Part shown: piece by piece, positions 25,931 to 38,781 of the stretch
Layout of the letters: every line of letters begins with the position of its first letter
Numbering within the stretch: the first letter of the stretch is position 1
From: Raillietiella orientalis
Lineage: Eukaryota
NCBI GenBank assembly: GCA_036172245.1
Contig: JAYWIR010000049.1
Span: 434,001-498,000, forward strand
DNA: 64,000 bases
Reading direction: 5' to 3'
Notes under the pieces: model-generated
Seen by the model: the letters and a program-made list of their open reading frames with translations, nothing else
What the model was told of the DNA's origin: nothing
The model's database searches: none
Translations under genes and position numbers: made by a program

Positions 25931-26693
25931 GGGGAGCCCAGGGGTTATTCCTGGGAACGTGGCAGTGCGGCTGCCGCCACCTGATCGGGAGGGACGGATG
26001 AAGGAGGGGGTGCATCCCGCACCGGTTCTCCCTCCTACATGGGGGCCGATTCTGCTGCAGGTCTCATCGGTGGGTGTGGGTGGGTATCACCGACGTCGCC
26101 TTCGAGCGAGCGGCGGAAGAGCTGGCTGCCTCGTTGCAGCCGGCCCCTTCCAAGGCTGGCAAGAAGGCAGTAAGGCGTCCGGCTTCTTCCCAAGAGTAGG
26201 TAACTTCCGACCCCGAGGCGGAGGTCGAAAGCACAGCTTCCATCACCGCGGCATTCCGCAGGAAGGCTGGACGAAAGTCCACCAAACCCCGGAAGATCCT
26301 TCCCCTAGACGAAGGGGTGGACATGGCTTCTGGGAGCGAGGGTGTCATGAGCGTGGGAGAATCGCGGAACTCGTCGCTCGAGAGACTCCCACGCTCGGAC
26401 ACGGAGGGGATGGAAGGGGTGGAGGTCGAACAGGTGCCTCATATGCCTGAGGAGGCCGAAACTCTGATTGCTATCTCATCCGCCTCGGAAGAGGCGGTTT
26501 CCCCCACACCAACAACTTCCCAGCAGTAATGCCGGGAATCTCCTCCCGCCGTCGTCTGCTCATCGCCGTTTGGAACGTCAACGGCATGACAGACGCCGGC
26601 AGGAGACGAAACAAAGCCGCCCTGCTAGGATCCTTCGACCTTGCTCTGCAGAACAAGCGCGGGAGATCGAGAGGATCTCCGGAGGGCAGCTGT

Positions 26694-26749
26694 TTGTCAC
26701 CCGGGTGCGCCGGGGCGTTTATTAAAAACTATCCGGGAACAGAGTTCCT
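26694..26749 (-). mobile_element. 56-bp 3'-terminal stub of family E
   Basis: Near-identical to 26765-26820; bounded by target copies at 26681-26693 and 26750-26764. Confidence 0.65.
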
Positions 26750-26764
26750 GGAGAGGGCGGCTGT
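26750..26764 (+). repeat. TSD GGAGAGGGCGGCTGT (partner 30474-30488)
   Basis: Exact 15-bp direct repeat at both ends of the family E element. Confidence 0.85.
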
Positions 26765-29700
26765 TTGTCACCCGGGTGCGCCGGGGCGTTTATTACAAAC
26801 TATCCGGGAACAGAGTTCCCGGACAAATGGGAAAACAAGATACGAAGGGGGTGGGATCCCCGACACGCAGGTCGGTATGCTGAAAGTCCGGAACGGGAGG
26901 GAGGGAACCACAAATACATTACTATAAAAAATAAAAATAAAAATATGGAGGGCAGGGGACAGGGGTCTTTCGTGAGTCCGTTCCTTCCTTTCAAAACCGG
27001 CGATGGATGCCGGCGATCTCTCTCCTCACGCTCTCTGGTAGGTGGGCCCACTCGGCAGCCGACGACATGTTTGCGCTGGCTAGTCCGGTGAGCTGACGAA
27101 GGATGGCCAGCTTCTCCAACTCTCGGTGGACCTTGTCGATGGCGCGGGTGCAACACACGGTTGCAACGACAGCACCCAAAGACAGGCCGCCTGGCGTGAA
27201 GAAGCGGCGCATCAAGTCTCTCGCGGTGTCCCCCTGGTGTAGGAGAGCTGAGGCCAGCCTCCGCCACAGTCCTAGGAGGGCACCGCAGTCCAGGAGCAGG
27301 TGCGGGGGCGTTTCCACTTCCCCGCACCGCTTACAGTTTCGGGAGACAACTCCCCCGGAAACACGGTTCGTCCGCTGGTTGGAGTGAAAACCCCAATGCA
27401 CCAGCATGATGACGTCCTGCTTCCACAAAAGGGGGAACACAGAAGTGTTCAAACAGGAGGGAGGGACCACAAGTTCTTCGGGGGGCACACTCAAGTGTTC
27501 ACTCCACCGAAGGAGTCCCTTCGAGATGTGGCGAGGCGTGGCGGCGTCTGCCAGCTCGCAAGTCCTCCAGCCGCCAATAGGTCGTGTTGTTCCTGCGATG
27601 GTGCAGGCGACCTCCCATCTCGCCGGTTCGCAGCTGTCATCTCTTACCCTGAGGGCTGACAGTCCGTCGGCGAGGGGGGTGAGGGCCAGGCCGGTCCACT
27701 TCTCCTGGCTGCTGCAGACCTCATCCACCGTGCAGTACGGGGAGTGGTGAACGCAACGGAGTTCCAGGAGGGAAACATCCTGGTGCTTTGCCTAGCCATA
27801 CAACGGTTCCTGCCGCCAGGCTTGAAAGTTCGTTGGGCGGCAGGAGATCCATTCCTGGGCTGCCAGGAGCCGGTAGAGGGGTTTCAAGGGGAAACCGAAA
27901 CTTGTCGTGGGGTGCTCCGTGTGCGGACGCAGCGACAGAAGTCCGTCGCTGCCGGTGCAGCGCCGCAGGAGCAGGCGCGCAGGAGCGCACCACGGAGTGG
28001 ACCAAAGGTTGGCGCACAGGGCCAACATTCGAAGCTGCACCTGCAGCTCGATTCTCTCCACCGTCAGGATGCCTAAGCCAGCATCCCGACGCGGAGCCGC
28101 CAAGTCTTTCAGGCGGATCCTGGACCTCGCAGGACCCCACAGAGCGTTTCTCAACAGGCTGTGCGCCTGGAGCTTCGCCGAGTAGGGGGGCGGGCAAACA
28201 AAAAACAGGGGGCGCAAGAGGGGGGCAACGGAGGTGTTTCATATCGCGGCCCGCTCCGACAGGAGGAACCTGCCATGCTGGAACGGGCTCAGCGCACTCG
28301 CAGCCTTCCGAAGGCAGTCCGACCACACTTCCACTGGGCTGATGTTCCCCAGCGGAACGCCAAAGTATTGGAAGGACGAAGCGGTCGGGATCCCCGGGCG
28401 GATCCAGTCGGACTGCCCCTCCCACGCCGCACCAATGGGTACGACCACGCTCTTGCTCCTGTTTACGCTCATGCCCGCTCCCCGGCGGATCAGCTCGAGG
28501 AAATCCTCGAGACTGGACGCCGAAATGGTCATGGGTAAGAGGAGAAGCAGGTCGTCAGCATATGCCGCCACGGACGGCGTTCCTGGACAAAGGCTCGGCC
28601 GGTTGGCCAGCGTCAGCCTGTACGCCCTCAGCACCAACTCAAAGAAGATGTTGAAGAGCAACGGGCTTAAACTGTCGCCCTGCCTGATGCCCCGCCGCAC
28701 CGGCACGCCGTACACGTGGCAGCCGCTGAAAGAGATGGAAATGAGCGCGTGGCGCCAGCGAGCGCGCAAATACGCCACGAGGTGCACCGGGAGACCGAGG
28801 CGTTCCAGGAGCTCCAGCAGGAGATCCTGATTTACGCAATCGAACGCCTTGCGGAGATCGACCGCGACCGCCAAGGCACCCGGCGCTTCCTCAGGCCGAA
28901 TGCAGCAACGCCTAGCCCTGGCAGCCGCAGATGCGGTTGCCTGGCTGTCGTGCGCCACGCAGCGTTGCAGCTCGAGCCACGTGCGCGCGAAGAACAGGTT
29001 CGCCTCCATGGACCGCCCGGGAACAGCGTAAGACTGCTCCGGACTTACCACGGATCCAGCGATCCTACCTAGGCGCGCGACCCAGAGCCTGGAGAACAAC
29101 TTGACGTCCGCATCCACCAAGGTGATGGGACGCCAGTTGCTTAAATGGCGCATGTCTCCGCCTTTCGGCAAGAGACGCACCCTTGCTGAGCGAAACGAGG
29201 CCGGGACATTGCCCGTCTCTCGCATCAGCGCAGAAAGCCTCAGCACCAGGGGGATGAGTTCCACCGCGAAGCACTGGAAGAACTCCGCAGGCAGACCATC
29301 CTCACCTGGCGCCTTGCGCTTCTTGAGGCCCGCTATGGCGGAAGACACTTCTTCCGCCGTGAAGGGCAAGTCAAGAGTGGAGCGTTCCTCCTCGTCGACC
29401 GCAGGGGAATCCGCCGGCAGAAGCAGCTCCGAGAGACTGAGTTCCGTCGGCTCCCTAGCATACAACGAGGAGTAGTAGCGCTTTAGGAGGCGGCGAATGT
29501 CGGCCGCGCCCGAGCACTCCAGGCCCTGGTCGTCGAGCAGACAAGCCGCTCCTGACTGCCAGACCTGGCGCTCGGCCTTGGCCTTGTACTCCGCAAGTTA
29601 CCGGACGTCCGGGCATCGGGAGAATTGGCGGGCCTGCAGAAACTCTCTGCTGTTGGCCACGCCTTCCCCGAAGCCAAGGGGAAGCAGGCGCAAGGGGAAC

Positions 29701-30473
29701 CGGCTGTAGAACTCGCGGACCGATCTTTTCAGATCGTCCCAGTCCACGAGCTCTCGGACGGCCAAGGTCCGGAGATGCTGACGGAGGTGCTCCGCAGCCA
29801 CCGGATTTCTCAGCCAGTCGGCCGGCAACCTCCAGACGTGCGTCGGAGGGCCCTTGCCAGGCAGGAGTAGCTCAAACTCCAGCCTGTAGTAGTCGGAAAG
29901 CTCGGACGGCACGGGACCTCTTCGACCCACCCGACAATGCAGGTGATCATCGAGGAACACATGGTCCGGCAAAGCACGCATCCCGGGATCGTCGGCCAGC
30001 AAATTCGAGGCGTGCACCGACGCGCACACCTCGTTCACCAGCCGTTTCTCCCGGCGACGGTGAGACTCCTCCGATAGCGCGTGGACGTTGAGGTCCCCGG
30101 CTACGAGGTGAGCCACGTCGGGGCCGGAGTTGCTGAGCCAGCGGTCGCGCAGTCTCTCGAAAAACTCCAGTTTCTCGGTGTGACGCGCGGAGCCGCTCGG
30201 CGCGTACACGTTCGTGACGACAAGGTTGATCGATTCGGACCACTTGAGAACAAGTTGGCCCACACGACCTTCCTCGTCGAAACAAACGCTCCGCACCGCT
30301 CCCGCCACCCTGCCCCGGACAAGGAATGTGACTCCGCAGGTATTCTGGGAGCCTGACCTCCAATGGAGCGTCCCGCCTGCGCGAACTAGCAGATCGGCCG
30401 CTTGCTGCTCGGAGAGTGCGTGAATCTCCTGCAGCAGGGCCAGATCGAAATCGCGCAAGACGTTGGCAACCAA
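26765..30473 (-). mobile_element. Family E LINE, 5'-truncated near the ORF2 start (3.7 kb)
   Basis: EN (LLQEIH, NVYAP, GDLN, PDHVF, SD), RT, CKRCGEVETPPHLLLDC, 3'UTR with terminal hairpin, 15-bp TSD. Confidence 0.9.
26991..30473 (-). pseudogene. Family E ORF2; the RT domain is open over 28239-29465
   Basis: KAPGEDG, WRPITL, DLRKAFD, GIRQGDSLSPLLF, YADD, FQYFGV; stops and frameshifts between segments. Confidence 0.9.
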
Positions 30474-30764
30474 GGAGAGGGCGGCTGTGGTATCGGTGTG
30501 AGACAACCAAGAGTTGCAATGTTGCCTACCTGCTTCGGCCAGCTGTTGAGGCCGCGGCGCAGGGCGTGCGGTTCGACGATCAAGGTCGTGTCAGCCAGCT
30601 GATTCTCAGGTGGTCCGACTCCATCGACCTCATCGTCACGAACGTGTACGCCGCGAGTAGCGCGGACCTGACGACCAGGAGAGAATGGAATGAATGTTTC
30701 CTTTCCCACCGGCGCGACTGGCTGAGTAAAGCAGGCTTGCGGAATGCCCATCTGTTTGCAAACG

Positions 30765-30778
30765 ATTTTAACGTTCTC
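30765..30778 (+). repeat. TSD ATTTTAACGT(TCTC); partners 32206-32219 and 45306-45315
   Basis: Direct repeats bound both family A insertions and encode (D)FNV of the host endonuclease. Confidence 0.85.
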
Positions 30779-32205
30779 CACGTCGGGATGCCGGTCTTGG
30801 CATCCTGACGATGGAGCGGAGCGGACTGCAAGCGCAGTTCCGGATACTGGCACTGTGTACCAAGCTATGGACTTCCCCCCTGTGTGCGCCTACGCGCATC
30901 CTCCTACGGAGGAGTGCCGGCAGTGTAGGAATTCTTTCCTTGTTGCCAGTCATGCGTCACAGAAAACAGGGATTTAGCTATCCTTTCAGGCAACTCGCCA
31001 CCCTGTTGGAAGCCAATACGTGGATTTCCTGCCGCCCAATGAACTACGATGCTTGGCGGCAGGAAACTATTGATTCCTGGGCTGCATTCCTAGGAATGAG
31101 CCGCGAAGATCTTCGCCTCCTGCGTCAATTTCAACCTTCGCCACTCCAAGATGTGATCCAGGACCAAGTGAAGTTTTCCTCCTTGGCCGCCACGCTCCTC
31201 GCCGAAGCATTGTCTGACCTCGAGGTTCGAGAAGACAGTAGCCAACCGGCAAGGTAAGAGTTCTCCTGCACCATCGCGGAAAGAACGGAGCTCCTCGGCG
31301 AATGGGACACGATCGAGCTGGCGGACACTGCCACTCCTCGTGCTACAGCAAACGGACTACTTCGGTGGGGAGAAGCTCTTGTTGTTGCCCACGAGGAACT
31401 GATAGTCCCTCCCTGCTATTTGGACGGTTCGGTATTTCCCCTTGCATGGAAGCAAGACGTCTTACTCTTCTTGCACTGGGGATTGCGCTACAACGAGCGG
31501 CGACACCGAGTTTCCGGTGGGGTGTCTTCTCCCTACTGTGCCCGGTGCGGGGCGACGAAGTCGTTCCTGCACCTTGTTTTCGACTGCGGTGCCCTTTAGG
31601 AACTCTGGCGGAGGTTAGCAGTAGCACTCCTACCACCAAGGGACACCGCCCTTGAAGTGCTGCGACGGTTCTTCCAACCGCAAGGACTTTCGACGGCTTC
31701 GATGATTTCCACAGTTGGTTGCATCCGCGCCATCGTCACGGTCCGAGACGTGCTGGAGAACACTGGTCAGCGATGCTGTGACACCAGGAAGGCAGCCGAC
31801 TTCATCAGTGCGGCAGCTAGGTGGCGACACTTGACCGAAAACGCAACGTAGCTCACCAGCATCCATGGTCGGATTACCTATGGTTTGGTGATCCATCTCC
31901 ATTCCCATTCCATTTCATTTTTGTTTTCGCGTCCCACCTCCCATTCGCTCCGTAGTGCTTTTGGAGCTTTTACTCTTTGTGTTTTCCGGTAACTGAGGGG
32001 CGTCACCAAAGATCCCTGGCCCATTCCTCCCATTTAGACTGTTCTTTTTTGTTTGTGGTGCCCTCCTCCCCATTCCTTCACGTTCTTCCGTTTTCCTAGC
32101 CTACGTGCCAGTGGTGTATCTCCGTTGCTGGTGTTCTTTTGTCGTTGGTTGGAAACCACTTTTTCCATCCAACGACATAAACGTCCCGGTGTGACTGGGT
32201 AAGAA
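30779..32205 (+). mobile_element. Family A LINE, 5'-truncated (1.4 kb)
   Basis: Nearly identical to 43879-45305 (offset 13100); CARCGATKSFLHLVFDC; terminal motif at 32177-32200. Confidence 0.9.
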
Positions 32206-33720
32206 ATTTTAACGTTCTCTTTCACGAGAGACGGACATGCATTTGTGTCGCTCTGCTCCTAAGCTGTTTGGTTGTGCTTGTGCGTCCCACTGCTTAGTCC
32301 TAAGGATGAGCAGTGGTGAAGACAACTTGGAAGTCGTCGAGCCAGTGGTTCCTGAACTTTCCGCAGTTGGAACGATGGCGACAACCTTTGCGAGCCCCGC
32401 GCCACCGGCCAGGAGCTTCGCGGACGTGGCAGCATCTGCAGCCGTAAAGGGGCGACTCCCCGACCAGGCAGAGTGGCAGGCATATGTAGCCCAGGGCTAC
32501 AAACCTGCTCTCCGCTATAATGTAAGTGGGGTAGGCTTAGCTGGGCAGGAGTTCGAAGACGAACTCTTCCGTGTGGGAGTGCGAGAGGAGGACCTGCTAG
32601 CCCTCATGCCTGTTCTTGCATTGGGCTATGTTAAGGTCCGATGCCATCAGGCTGCCCTTTTGCAGCGGCTCCTCCGCACTCCCTTGTCCATCCGCGGGAA
32701 GAAAGTTTTTCCCTCCGCGATGGATGGACGAGTCTTTTGTCGTTGTTCTTTCGGACGTAGAGCCGGAGATCAACGACAAACAGTTGGTGGACGCGTTGGC
32801 GAAATTCGCCACCGTTCATGCGGTGTGTAGGAAGGGGAGTTCCTACAAGAAGTTCCCTTTCTTCCACACAGGATTTGCTGCGGTTAGGATAACCGTTCCC
32901 AACCGCCGCACTCTGGCTGCTACGTTACAGGTCAAGGCACGGTCGTTCACCTGTGGTTCGCAGGCAAAGCTCGCGCGTGCGAGCAATGCGGCAGGGAAGG
33001 AGATCGGGAGCAAGAATGCCCTTCCCCGAAGTGCCGCTATTGCAAGGAGTCCGGGCACGAAATCAGGCAGTTCCCGGACATTGCAAGAAAGAAGGAGGCT
33101 GCTAGACTCCGGCGCGCCAAAAAAAGCGCAGAGTAGCAAACAGCAGTTTCTAAAAAACAAGTGGACTCGCGTAAGCTCGCGAGAAAACAGGGCAGGAACG
33201 TAGTCCCTAAGTCGGCTTCCTCTGCCGCAAAGCCCGAAAGGGCAATCGGGCGGCAGGGAAGCCTATTAAAAAAGGACGCGAGGGCTCCGCGCGTGCCGTC
33301 ACTGATCCCGCAGCCGAAGGCGGAGTTACCGCTCCGGGAATGGGGTCAGTGAAGCCAGTTACACCGTGCGACAGCGCGAAAGGGGGACACGCGAATCGCA
33401 ATTGCGCAACAACCATCTCCTTGGGCCCGTTGTGCATTTCGGGGACTTCAATAGGAAACCCAAAAAAGGCGGCTCGGAATCTGGCGAGAAAACCCAGGAA
33501 AAGCGGAGGCGCGTTACTTGAAAACACGCCGCAACCAGTCGCATCCTCCCTAACGCAGCAGTTTTCCCCAATTCCCACAAGGGGTGGGGTAATTGATTGT
33601 TCATTTATACTACATTCACATTCACTCACTCGAAACTTTTGTTCCGCACTTTTCACTTCACTTCACTTTCACTTGGGGAGTGACCGGGGGAAGTTTACCG
33701 TGGGTATGCACTTGGGAGGA

Positions 33721-36700
33721 CTACGTATGGGTTCTTCCCTGGACGCTATTTTCTATCCTACGTAGGATATACTTGTATGTCCAGAATTGCACTTTGCCGC
33801 AGTTCCATATTCCAATTTCCTTCTGGACGAGTCCTTTCAGGATGTCCATGGGGGGTGCAACCTCTCTGGAATTCTTCATCTTCCACCATCGTATCAGGAT
33901 GGCAGTGATGAAGAGGGCAATCGTCATCCTAGCCATCGGGTTGTACAGAGGTACGTCGCCGTCTCCTTCTCCGTGCTAGGACTTTCGTGATGGTAGCGTC
34001 GGGCAGTCCTATGACCCTTTTCAGGGTCTGCCAGTCCTGGCGGATGGTGGGACACGTTGGGACGTGGAGTCTTGTTTCCCGGTCACCACACGCCTTGCAC
34101 TTTCCGTCTTCCGTGTTCCCTGTAAAGTGTTGGATCCTTGAACCACTCTGAATTCCTCCATGGAAGAATCTCAGGAAATCATCCTGAGTATTCGACGGTA
34201 GGTCACTCCTCCATAGTGGCGTGCCGATCGCCAACAGGTTGATACTGTGGCGATCGGCAGCTTCTTGGAGGGCACTGATGTCTAGATTGTCCTCTTTAAT
34301 GATTTTGCGGAGGTTTTTCCTATCTATCCTGTACCACGCGAAGTTGTTGTGGTTTTTCCACAACTCGCGGGTCTTGTGGGTGCATTTTCCCAACACCATC
34401 TCGATGTACCGGAGTATACGAGAATGGTGAAGCTATCCTCCTCTTCTCCATTCCTGGATTCTTTTTAGAGTAACTCTGGGCCGCTGGTAGATCCAGCTTC
34501 TTGTGTCGGGAGGCACGTGAAGCATCCAGGGGATCACTAGGATGGACTCCTCCTGCCAGTTTCCTGCTTTGTGGTACGATCTCCAGTTGGTGTTTTCGTA
34601 CCAGCTGTTGTTTTCTTTTCCAGGTGGGATCGATGGTGTTCCACTTCCTTCTCGGCCTAGCAGCGCAGTCATCGGGCCCTTCGAGTTGTTCAGTAACAAT
34701 GAATAGGCCCTATGCGCCGCATGCGGCCAGTCATCCCAGTGGGCGGCGATCTCCAGGATTTGTCGCGTATCCATGATTTCCATGCAATGTGCAGGCGACT
34801 TCATCCCGGTCCCACCTTTCTCCTTGGGACGACATAGCGGTTTCAGTCTTGCTCTTGGTCTGTAGATGCTCCATAAGATTTTCCTTTGCAACCTCTCCAA
34901 TTCTCTGCGGGTGTTCTTGTCCATTCTGCCAAAGGCCGCCCCGAAGAGTATCTTCGGACGGATTACTCCGTTCCACGGGTTGGCCCTCCGCTTCATGTTG
35001 AAGTCCGTCCGCGTGTACTTCGTTGCTTCTTCTGCTGCCTTTCCCAGGATTTCGATCCATAGCAGCTTCGACGCGGAGTCATCACCGATGTGGACTCCCA
35101 AGTACTTGGCGCTGTCCACCGTTAGGAATGCTTTCTCCGTGAATGAGGAGAGTTCCAGGATTCCGTCGGGCAAAAGTTGACTCTTCTGGGCGTTGATTTT
35201 TAGCCCAAGTCCTTTCTCCATCATCTCCACCACATCCAGGAACGCATACGGATCTCGTTCTTCCTTGATGAAGAAGAGAAGATCGTACGCGTAGGGCAGA
35301 TGAATGAGTTTTTGATCGTCGATCTTGATCCCTCGGAGGCGTCTGCTTCTTTCAATGAATGATGTCAAAGCCTCCATGTAGTTAACAAACAGCATCGGAC
35401 TCAGCGAGTCGCCCTGGCGGACTCCTCGTTCCATCCTGATAGCTGCTGTTTCTACTCCGTTGATCTTGATACGAAAGTGTTGATCGACTAGTATCATTCT
35501 CACGAAGTTGCTGAAGTGTTCCGGGAGACCCACTTTTCCCAGAATCTTTAGCAGCATCGCGTGGTCGATGGTAACGAATGCCTTCTCCATGTCGGTGAAC
35601 ACCAGCACCAAGTTCTCGCCGACATATCGGCTGAGTCCCACGGTGGTCTGGGCACACTTGACATCGTCCGACATGTGGCGTCCGGGCACCGCGTATGTCT
35701 GGACTGGAGAGATTAACTTCGGCATGACCTTGCCTAAGCGGTTGGCCCAGATCTTTGCCAACCACTTGGCATCGAAGTTGAAGATTGAGATTGGCCTCCA
35801 TTGGGAAACTTTGGTTAGGTCTCCACCTTTCGGCAGCAATCTCATCCTGCCCTCGTAGAAGGACGCAGGTAGTCTGCCTTTTTGTCGGATGCACAGAGTT
35901 AGCTGGTGGAACAGACGCAGGTAGTCGTGTAGGTATTGCTGGTAGTAAGAGATGGGAACATTATCAGGTCCTGCCGCCACATCCTTGCGTGGTTCCGAAA
36001 ATGCAGCCTTCAATTCGAGAAATTTTCTTCCAATTTCTTTCGCTGGAGTTCATCGATCTTCTTCTCTAAGTGGCTCAGAAAAGCATTTTGTGTCGCCGGG
36101 CACAGGCGTTGGTGCCGAAAGTGTCCCGTGTAATGCCTCTGGAAGGCGCCCACGATCTCTTCCGGCGTGTGCCGGCTGTGGCCGTCGTACTGGATGCAGA
36201 AGATGTCTGTTGCCAGGTTCTTCTTCTCCAGCACGCCGACTTCCCGTTTTATGTTCTTGAAGACGTACCGGCTCTCGTACTGGTCCCAGTACTTGGAGAG
36301 GGAGCGGTCTTCGATGTTCTGCTCCCGGTACGCTTCCTATCTCAGTCGCTTGTCCCCGTACTGCATGTTGCAGAACAGATGGACTCGATGTTTCAGGCTG
36401 TCCCAGTTGGCGACTCTTTGGATGGTGCTGGTCCTCAGAATCGCCTCGATGAGTTCTTGATGACTGGGAAGCGTCTCCAACCAGGCGGGCATGCAGATGA
36501 GCACCGCCCTTGCGTTCTGCTTCCGTCGAGGATTTTCGGTTCTTAGGGAGAACTGCACCAGCGGTTGATCAGACAGCGAAGTTGGAGTGTCGCGAAAACC
36601 CCCGATGCGGTTCTCTAGCTCTCTGCTGTGTAGGACGTGGTCGATCGGCTTGTGGCTAGCTGTTCGCCACCGAAGTCCGAACTCGTCGGACAATCGCCGA

Positions 36701-37210
36701 TACGCCGTCCTTCTTCTTGCGTCCTGGGAATAGATGATGCCGTCCAGGATATTCAGATCGCCAGCAACGATCACGACTCCTTGGGTGCGACCTTCTCCCG
36801 GAGTGCTGCATGCAGCACCTCCGCGCACCGGTGTTTTTCGATGTGTGGTTCGTACACGTTCACCAAGAAAACGTAAACGGTGGGGGACCACGCCAGTCGT
36901 ACACCGATGATTCGTCCTGGTATGCGACAGAAGACTTCCAGGATTGTGGGTCCAGGTCGTTGTTCATCAGCACCGCCACTCCATCGGTGTTCCTCTGTCC
37001 CTCGCTGACGAACATTTGCATGTTGAAGCGTCGTTCCATTTGCAAGGTGATCTGATGACCCAGCTCGTGGATCTCTTGCAGACACACTTGTCCGAGGTCT
37101 TCATGGGCGATGATCCGCACGATTCTTTTCCTTTTACTCTGGTTGATCAGTCCATTAACGTTCCAGGAGGCCATGTTGATCCTCCTAGCGATGGACAACG
37201 ACGAGGCCAT
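33721..37210 (-). pseudogene. B2 ORF2 EN-RT-Cys/His, frameshifted; RT open over 34433-36013
   Basis: WNVNG, VCLQEIH, GDLN, IDHV; WRPISI, DMEKAF, GVRQGDSLSPMLF, YAYD (mutated YADD), KYLGV; CKACGDRETRLHVPTC. Confidence 0.9.
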
Positions 37211-37219
37211 AAGGGGGCT

Positions 37220-38781
37220 CACTTAGCTTTTCTGAGCTTCTTTTGTCGGGAAGAACGTTGTAATCTTCCCGACGAAGAATCGGGCTTCTCACTACCAGCA
37301 TCGCTCTCCGTGCCGGTATGATCGGTCAATTATCGGTCGTCGATTGACCGGTCGACTTTGACGACCGCCTTGCACGGGAGGGTCTCCACGTTGACCTTCT
37401 CGCAGTACGCCGCCTTGACTTCAAAAAGCTCAGTCTCCAGCTTTTTGCCCTCAGAAACCTCTACCAATCTGTTGATGTCCTCTTGGACCTCGCAGATGCG
37501 AGCCAGAATCTGTTCCTGCTGCACCGCGGTAGGCTCCTGTCGGACCTCCTCTACCAGCTTCACCACCTCCATGGTGAGCTGCAGGGTCTCTTGCGTCGCC
37601 GGGGTGGGTTCGCTAACTTCCATTTGTTCCCCATGTGGCGCGCCATCCTGCTCCGCGGCCTTCTGGGAGGGTTTCTGCTCCTGCACGAGCATACTCTTGC
37701 CGCCTTTTCGTACTTCTACAAAGCCGTCCGCCAAAACCGGAGCGGCCTCCTTCGCCTTCCTCAGCTTCTCTACTTTTTGAGGCTTTACCACTTCCGCCAG
37801 AACCTTCTCCCGCACGGTGGAGCCCACGCATGGTCCGGTAGTTTGTGAACTCCGGACAACACCATCTCGCATGCCCCGACTCTTTGCAAAAGGAGCACAC
37901 CTCGGGCATGTCGCAGCCACGCACCTGGTGTCCCTGCTTCCCACAGCGGAAGCACCGAGACCTCGGACACACGCTCATCCTATGTCCGAAATTTTTGCAA
38001 CCAGTACAGAACACCGGTTGTTGCCTATATCGGATGAAGACTTCCTGAGAGTCTCCATCGATGTGCACGATCCCTGGGATCTGCGCCTCCTTTGCCAATT
38101 TGATCTTGGCGATGACATCGCCGGAAAAGATCCTCCCCTAGAAGTTCTGGAATTTCACCTCCAGAACTTCCCCGTACCTCGACAAAAAGGCTCAGACTGT
38201 CTGCTGGGTGGTGGTGATGCCGATGCCACTGAGAAAGACGGTCGTGTACGGCATTTCGCCGATACCGCGAACCATCCGTCCTTGGATGTTGATGCCCTTT
38301 TCGGTCAGGGTCTCCCTCAAGGGTTCACTATCAGTGTACATCGTGAAGCCCGACGTGATTGGGATGATCGCTTGGATGCGATCGAAATCCACATTCTCCC
38401 TATAAAGTGTCAAGTACACTTCTTCAATATTGTCAAACTGGATTAGTCCGGTTTGGAAAGTGATTGGCTTCGATGCCGGACTGATCCGGAAGATCGGCTC
38501 GTCCACGTTCTCTATTTTCCCGCTCTCGGGCTTTCCAAATTTCCGCTGGGCATTCGAATGGACCGCGGCTACCGCCGCGTACGGAATTGGCCGCGCCGTC
38601 GCAGCGGAGGAAGATGGCGTCGCGACCTGCGAGCTCCCACCACATTGCATGCCGTAGGCTTCGCCGGGGGCGCTGCCGCGGGCGCAACCCGCAGCGACTT
38701 CGTCGCTTCGCCATCGCCGCACGATACCTCCATTCCCAGGGGGAATGTCGGTCTCTCCTCCATCGCGTGGTCTGCTTGCAT
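37220..38781 (-). pseudogene. B2 ORF1, frameshifted
   Basis: PYAAVA; three knuckles CTGCKNFGHRMSVC, CFRCGKQGHQVRGC, CSFCKESGHARWCC. Confidence 0.85.

Noticed and set aside
26681..26820. CRISPR-like repeat-spacer pattern
   Set aside because: Two units only, explained as a LINE 3' end plus target duplication; eukaryotic context with no cas genes.
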